DNA from: Phoronis australis
Taxonomy: Eukaryota > Animalia > Phoronida
Length of the DNA stretch: 64,000 nt
Assembly: GCA_002633005.1 (NCBI GenBank)
Contig: NMRA01000570.1
Span: 62,001 to 126,000 of the forward strand
Direction of reading: 5' to 3'
Of the stretch, positions 63,401 through 64,000 are shown piece by piece; the first letter of the stretch is position 1, and each line of letters starts with the position of its first letter. The notes under the pieces were generated by a model. It saw only the letters and a program-made list of their open reading frames with translations, was not told the origin of the DNA and made no database searches. The translations under genes were made by a program, and so were the position numbers.

Positions 63401-63616
63401 TAATTACTAACAAAGATCAAATGAATAATTGTCCAAACACTTTCAGGGGTTTTGCCATTTTCTTTCAACATTTATCAATATTTGCTTCTGATCACGGACA
63501 CATTCCACCCTTACCTCCTGCACAGCGTTCACATCCGCTCCACTTTTAATCAACATTTCAGCACAGCTTTCGCCATCCTCAGTCTCGGCAGCGAGGTGAA
63601 GGGCGGTCTCAAGGTT
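45490..63616 (-). CDS. nompC: TRPN / NOMPC mechanosensitive channel (5' part beyond window end)
   Basis: Exons 63616-63515, 63128-63030, 62788-62660, 62365-62237, 61227-61111, 60551-60453, 59909-59709, 59296-59198, 58301-58200, 56101-55997, 55536-55435, 55016-54918, 54472-54341, 53212-53105, 50931-50734, 49589-49383 (about 19 ankyrin repeats, all phase 0), 48948-47568 (channel), 46764-46609, 45701-45490 (TAA). NOMPC signatures HARVDVFD, VPATVKSE, SPAPVDTAAK, EKERAKDL, FLDVLIENEQKEV, FHHLFGPWAIII, INLLIAMMSDTYQRIQAQSD.EWKFG. Confidence 0.97.
47568..48948 (-). CDS. nompC: TRPN linker, six-TM channel and TRP-helix exon
   Basis: 1381-nt exon inside ORF 47476-49008, FVFDLMVCGK...KVAIKHR; ttccag acceptor, gtaagc donor. 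Confidence 0.97.
50654..50697 (+). repeat. 22-bp tandem duplication
   Basis: AACATTGATGAGAAACACAACG x2. Confidence 0.85.
61490..61962. mobile_element. About 470-bp MITE in TRPN intron
   Basis: TA|ATACCCCCGTCACACCGGAGGTGCGGTACC ... GGCACCGCGCCTCTGGTGTGTGACGGGATAT|TA; imperfect ~30-bp TIRs, GC-rich interior. Confidence 0.75.
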
Positions 63617-64000
63617 CTAAACGAGAAACAAGCACCTCCCTTCACAAACCTACATTTTTATGAATTCTACTTGTTTAATGTTTTAAACGCAACATTTTAA
63701 ATGTCATTCGTTTATGAACACAAACCAGTCAATAGTTGAATATAAAAATACTAGATTTTACATGCTACAAGTATGATTATAATTTTCAGGTCAGGAAATT
63801 AACATTATAATTACCACAAATCCCTTATCGTGTAATTAGATAATGGAGCCTTTATATATTAAAGCACAGACAGGGTGTCTAAGAACACAGCAACTCATCA
63901 AAAGCTCTCAGTCGCCATTTATTTCAACTTCACTTTAAAGGTATAGTGTACACTTCAGGGATAATTGTTTGATGATTATATTGCACTCAGTGGAACATAA

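Overview
AT-rich, intron-containing animal (invertebrate bilaterian, probably lophotrochozoan) genomic DNA with three spliced protein genes and no prokaryotic features. (1) Minus strand, 18107 to <1: a secreted protein with signal peptide, two CUB domains separated by an RKRR furin site, and at least three tandem single-exon SUEL/rhamnose-binding lectin repeats with P/T/S linkers. (2) Plus strand, 29386-35797: a complete five-coding-exon inositol hexakisphosphate kinase (IP6K). (3) Minus strand, >64000 to 45490: the mechanosensitive channel TRPN/NOMPC, with 16 phase-0 ankyrin exons, the transmembrane exon and two tail exons, converging tail-to-tail with IP6K. Also present: a truncated Tx1/L1-type LINE, a tRNA-derived SINE, Helentron-type non-autonomous elements, several MITEs, and two N-bounded tandem duplications that look like uncollapsed haplotypes. 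Best leads: a candidate 18-nt TGCATG-flanked microexon in the TRPN ankyrin spring, a perfect 112-bp palindrome in the inferred TRPN 3' UTR, the modular CUB-SUEL gene, and a decayed antisense spliced gene in IP6K intron 3. Coordinates were read by eye; no searches were run.
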